From Neodothiora populina (lineage: Eukaryota), in assembly GCF_041146345.1 (NCBI RefSeq), contig NW_027191413.1:1426001-1490000 (forward strand): 64,000 bases of DNA. Direction: 5' to 3'. The notes under the pieces were generated by a model that ran no database searches, was not told where the DNA came from, and worked only from the letters and a program-made list of their open reading frames with translations. Numbering within the stretch: the first letter of the stretch is position 1; each line of letters opens with the position of its first letter. Both the position numbers and the translations under genes were made by a program. This document shows positions 59,851 through 64,000 of this stretch, one piece after another.

Positions 59851-60845
59851 TGTGTCGATAGTAAGGGCTAGCAGTCGAGGGGGATATTCCACTGTTATTG
59901 CTGCAAGCGACAAGGAGACTAAGCTCTGGATGTGATTGTATACGCAGGCCAGCGATGTTTGTTTTATTGGGTATTAAAGTGAGTTGGTCGGGTGTGTGCG
60001 GAGGAAATAGTAGAAGATCAAGTGCCGGCCGTCACTCCACACTTTAATAGCACATGCAGCATCGACGATACCCAGATACTTGAGGAGTTCTTCTCGGTAC
60101 CATAAGCGTATGAATTTACATCACCCTTCACAATGCCGTCTTGGTTCACCCACCGACTTGTGCTTAAAGCCTTACTCTAATAACGCGGACGCGGATGCTG
60201 GAGCGGTGAAACGAAAGGGACGGATCAAAGTAGACCGGGGGGCCGAGGCTGGCAGTAATTGGGATGTTTGTTCATAACCCTTGTAAGATACACGAGCTAC
60301 CTATACTTTGATCGTGGGGAGAATTTGCCAAGACTTTGACAACGCTCGAACACCTCATCTACCACAGAGGGGAGTTTGGAGGTGGTGCGGTGCGACAGTG
60401 TCAATAATACCACGACTTTACGTCAATACAGCGCAGGGCAGCGCGTACCATCAACTCCATCCATTTCCATCAGCGCAGAGTCTCACCGTCTACATATCAC
60501 GCAGCGCCAGAGGAAGGTGCTCAGCTTGTCGACAGTGCTGATATTTCCTGGTCCATTCTTTCGACAGCACCAGGTGCGCAAAGCGCCTCTACGACAGACT
60601 CGCTGCCCGCGGTTTCTTTATTGAAATCTGTTGTCGCATTGTGGGATCGCGTTGGTCACATTCACTTGGAGAACACGCGGTACATTCAGTCTGAGTCTCT
60701 GGAGGACCCGGTCAAAACACCACGGATCCTTTCCTCAGAGGTGCCTTCCTACTCTTTTGAAAATAAATAGCGGTCCTTCGCTCAGATCCGCATCGTCACT
60801 CTTGTTCTCTTTGGACGCCAGCGCATTCTTTACCGCACCGCAGAT

Positions 60846-61472
60846 ATGTTCTTCCTCCACGAGATGGAGCGGGTGGTGAACCTGCACCCTTCATATTTCG
60901 ACAAAGACACACACAAGTACATCACCGACACTCTATACCAAGACGTTGAGGGAACCATTGCCGGCAGCTACTACATTGTCTGTGTGGTGAGCGTCATCGA
61001 CATCTCGGAACCGCGCGTCCTTCCAGGCAGCGGCTTCGCGGAATTCACAATCTCCTTCCAGGCCGTCGTGTGGAGACCTTTCAAGGGTGAGGTATGCGAC
61101 GGCATGGTCAGCAGCGTCATTTCAGGTGGTATCTTTGTAGACATTGGTCCTCTCAACATTTTCATTTCAAAAGCTGTAAGTCAAGTTCGGATCTCGTGAC
61201 ACCGAGCTTTCCTTGCTCACGCACAAATACAAGATGATTCCCTCAGATATCAAATTCGATGGCAATGCAACGCCGCCGCAATTCACGGACAATGCCGATC
61301 AGGTCATCGAAAGGGGTACCCATATCCGCATCAAGCTTAAGGGTATCAGAAGCGAAGTCGGGCAGATGTTCGCCATCGCTACTATCAGAGAGGACTACCT
61401 TGGGTACGGTGACGCGCCTTCAGCCGGTCCGAGCACATTGCTAATATCAATAGACCATTACTCGAGACATGA
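60846..61472 (+). CDS. RPB7: RNA polymerase II subunit Rpb7; 3 exons
   Basis: MFFLHEMERVVNLHPSYF...VWRPFKGEVCDG...IGPLNIFISKA/MIPSDIKFDGNATPPQF...IREDYLG/PLLET*; introns 61176-61233 and 61404-61453. Confidence 0.93.
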
Positions 61473-62132
61473 GGTCCTCAAGGGCTGGCCTGAGGCGAAG
61501 TCGTCGGGCGATCTTCAAGTTTACGCACCACCAAGGATGCAACGAGGTAAGCAGCCGCGCCGAGGGCAGAAAGCTGTACATGTAACAAAAGTTGCGAATG
61601 GGCATGATATCCAGAAGCATGCAAAAGCCTGCGCATTTTTCCCAGCATGCATCGACAAGACTTCCAAAAGATCAGGGGATGTTGTGGAAACATTCCCTCT
61701 GCAGATACCCACCCACGTTCACATAGTGGTTCTGCTACAGCACAAATGTTCGTGCGATACCAGCGAGTGTATTTTAATTAGAAGTCTTAGCCGCAAACGG
61801 AATTCAATAGACATTTGGATAAGGTGCTGGGGGTTCTGAGACGAGAGAGTGTCTGGCCTTTGTTGTCTGTTCCACTTGATGCAATCTTGCTTGGCACGCC
61901 GTTTACCCCATTACCTCCTGAATGGCCATCGTGACCGGGACTGCGGCGACCTGGACAACGATATTACTTGTGAATAATGATATGACTATTCTCTCCTCCG
62001 CTGCTGTTCCTCGACTGCTACGGTGAAAGCCTTTCCGTATCATGAGCCCGTAGTCGAGTGATCTTCCCATTGTTGTTCTTGTGACCTCAACAAAAGCACG
62101 GCGTTTCCACAGACAGTGCGCGACCCACCAAT

Positions 62133-64000
62133 ATGCCTGTGGATAGTCCTTATCGAGACGAGGAGGAGGAGGCCCAGCCATTGACGAGGAATAGCACAGA
62201 GGAAGTCAAGAGCCTGGAAGATCAACCACGACTGTCAGAGTCCACAGCATCGACGACGTCCCTGATACTAGAACACATAACCGGGAAAGATAGCGCGCTT
62301 CTGGCCAAAGAGGCCCTCTACAATAAACACCAACCCGAGCAATTCGACGTCGAGGAAGGACCGCCATGGCACAGTGCTATTGAGCCGGTAGACACAAGAG
62401 CCAGGAAGGCGCTCTGGATTCTCTGTGGTGTGGCGACCTTGGGATGGGTGGCCGCCTTGTTCTTGTTCATCGGCTCGGGATCCCACAAACCACTCTCAAG
62501 CAAACCTCACGATCCCCACGCCACACATACAGCAGGTAATGGACACAAAGTGACTCTCGACCAAGTCCTTACTGGACAGTGGTATCCACGCAGCCATGCG
62601 ATATCGTGGATAGAAGGAGCTGACGGAGAGGACGGCCTACTCTTACAGCGAGGAGGTGAAGGAGGCAGAGACTATCTTGTTGTTGAGGACGTACGATACA
62701 TGCAGGATGTGAACGCGGCAAAGGAGAACAGCAAGACACTCATGAAAGAGGGCGGATTTTATGTTGGTGACAAATATGTGGTGCCCGACGAAACGTGGCC
62801 CAGCCCGGATCTCAAGAAAGTGCTCGTCCGCTCCGATTACCAAAAGAACTGGAGACACTCTGGCACAGCTCTATACTGGATCTTCGATGTAGAAACACAA
62901 ACCGGACAGGCCGTGGATCCGGATAACGCTGACGGGAGGATGCAGCTCGCATCGTGGGCGCCAACCAGTGATGCAATTGTTTTTACTAGGAACAACAACA
63001 TGTATCTGCGGAAGCTTGCCGACACCGTCGCCCTCCAGGTCACCTTTGATGGCGGCTCCGAGCTCTTCTACGGTATACCTGACTGGGTGTATGAGGAGGA
63101 AGTCTTCTCCGGAAACAGCGCAACTTGGTGGTCCGGTGATGGAAAATATGTCGCTTTCCTACGAACGGACGAATCAAAAGTACCGACTTACCCTGTTCAG
63201 TACTTCTTCTCCAGACCAAGCGGCAAAGAACCCAAACCGGGAGAGGAGAATTATCCGGAAGTGAGACAGATCAAGTATCCCAAAGCCGGCGCGCCTATGT
63301 CTGTCGTCACTTTGCAGTTCTACGATGTTGTCGAGAAGCAGTTGTTCACTGTGCCCATCAAAGGCGACTTTCCAGATGATGACCGACTCATTACGGAAGT
63401 TCTGTGGGCGGGCAGCACTGGCAAAGTTATGATACGTGAGACCAACCGCGAGAGCTATATCATGAAGGTCATTGTGATCGATGCCGCCAAGAGGACAGGC
63501 AAGTCAGTCAGAGAGACTGATATCAATGCCATCGATGGCGGCTGGTTTGAGGTCTCGGAAACTACAGCATACCTTCCGGCGGACCCTGAGAACGGCAGAC
63601 CGCACGAAGGCTACATTGATACTGTCATCCACGAGGGCTACGACCACCTTGCCTACTTCTCACCGCTTGAGGCTGGTGAACCTACGATGCTCACATCGGG
63701 CAAATGGGAGGTCGTGAGAGCGCCTTCCGCCGTCGATCTCAAGAACAATCTTGTTTATTTCATCTCTACCAAAAAGTCCTCGATCGAACGTCATATATAC
63801 AGTGTCAAACTCGATGGATCATCAATGACACCGGTGACTGATGTCAGCAGTACAGCGTACTACTCGGCGTCCTTCTCCAAGAATGCTGGATATGCATTGC
63901 TTTCCTACAAAGGTCCTGGCATTCCGTGGCAGAAAGTCATCAACACTCCAAGTATTGACCAGAAGACCGAGATTGTCCTTGAAAAGAATGAGAAGTTGAA
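62133..64000 (+). CDS. DAP2: Dipeptidyl aminopeptidase B (DPP-IV family S9B, type II membrane protein); runs off the window end
   Basis: MPVDSPYRDEEEEAQPL...STASTTSLILE, one TM helix, KNWRHS, YGIPDWVYEEEVF, IKYPKAGAP, LTSGKWEV. Absent from the ORF track because there is no stop in the window. Confidence 0.9.
   Translation, partial: MPVDSPYRDEEEEAQPLTRNSTEEVKSLEDQPRLSESTASTTSLILEHITGKDSALLAKEALYNKHQPEQFDVEEGPPWHSAIEPVDTRARKALWILCGVATLGWVAALFLFIGSGSHKPLSSKPHDPHATHTAGNGHKVTLDQVLTGQWYPRSHAISWIEGADGEDGLLLQRGGEGGRDYLVVEDVRYMQDVNAAKENSKTLMKEGGFYVGDKYVVPDETWPSPDLKKVLVRSDYQKNWRHSGTALYWIFDVETQTGQAVDPDNADGRMQLASWAPTSDAIVFTRNNNMYLRKLADTVALQVTFDGGSELFYGIPDWVYEEEVFSGNSATWWSGDGKYVAFLRTDESKVPTYPVQYFFSRPSGKEPKPGEENYPEVRQIKYPKAGAPMSVVTLQFYDVVEKQLFTVPIKGDFPDDDRLITEVLWAGSTGKVMIRETNRESYIMKVIVIDAAKRTGKSVRETDINAIDGGWFEVSETTAYLPADPENGRPHEGYIDTVIHEGYDHLAYFSPLEAGEPTMLTSGKWEVVRAPSAVDLKNNLVYFISTKKSSIERHIYSVKLDGSSMTPVTDVSSTAYYSASFSKNAGYALLSYKGPGIPWQKVINTPSIDQKTEIVLEKNEKL

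Overview
Gene-dense eukaryotic DNA from a filamentous ascomycete (Pezizomycotina-type short GT-AG introns with CTRAC/CTAAC branch sites, standard code). About 27 protein-coding loci are supported, mostly housekeeping: TRM5 3' end, sterol esterase/lipase, TMA22, DJ-1/PfpI, TPC1, a TauD/BBOX dioxygenase, an MscS-EF-hand channel, RPS15, RPP2, SPT2, cystathionine gamma-lyase, TAF3-like, TAF7, TAF1, L-asparaginase, RPN10, a borealin-like protein, an S28 peptidase, Mpo1-like, RPB7 and the DAP2 5' part. An accessory-looking stretch at about 12-23 kb holds an amino-acid permease with an in-frame stop, a beta-lactamase-family hydrolase with a broken 5' end, and an isochorismatase. I recognised no tRNA, rRNA, CRISPR array or autonomous transposon. 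Main observations: (1) a 124-codon protein-like in-frame extension behind the UGA-CUC stop of an uncharacterised gene, a candidate for stop-codon readthrough; (2) three TFIID subunit genes (TAF3-like, TAF7, TAF1) within 14 kb around that same gene; (3) a family of small TA-flanked TIR elements carrying 11/44-bp periodic arrays; (4) a hairpin-forming intron in RPS15. Gene identities come from motif recognition only; no database searches were run.
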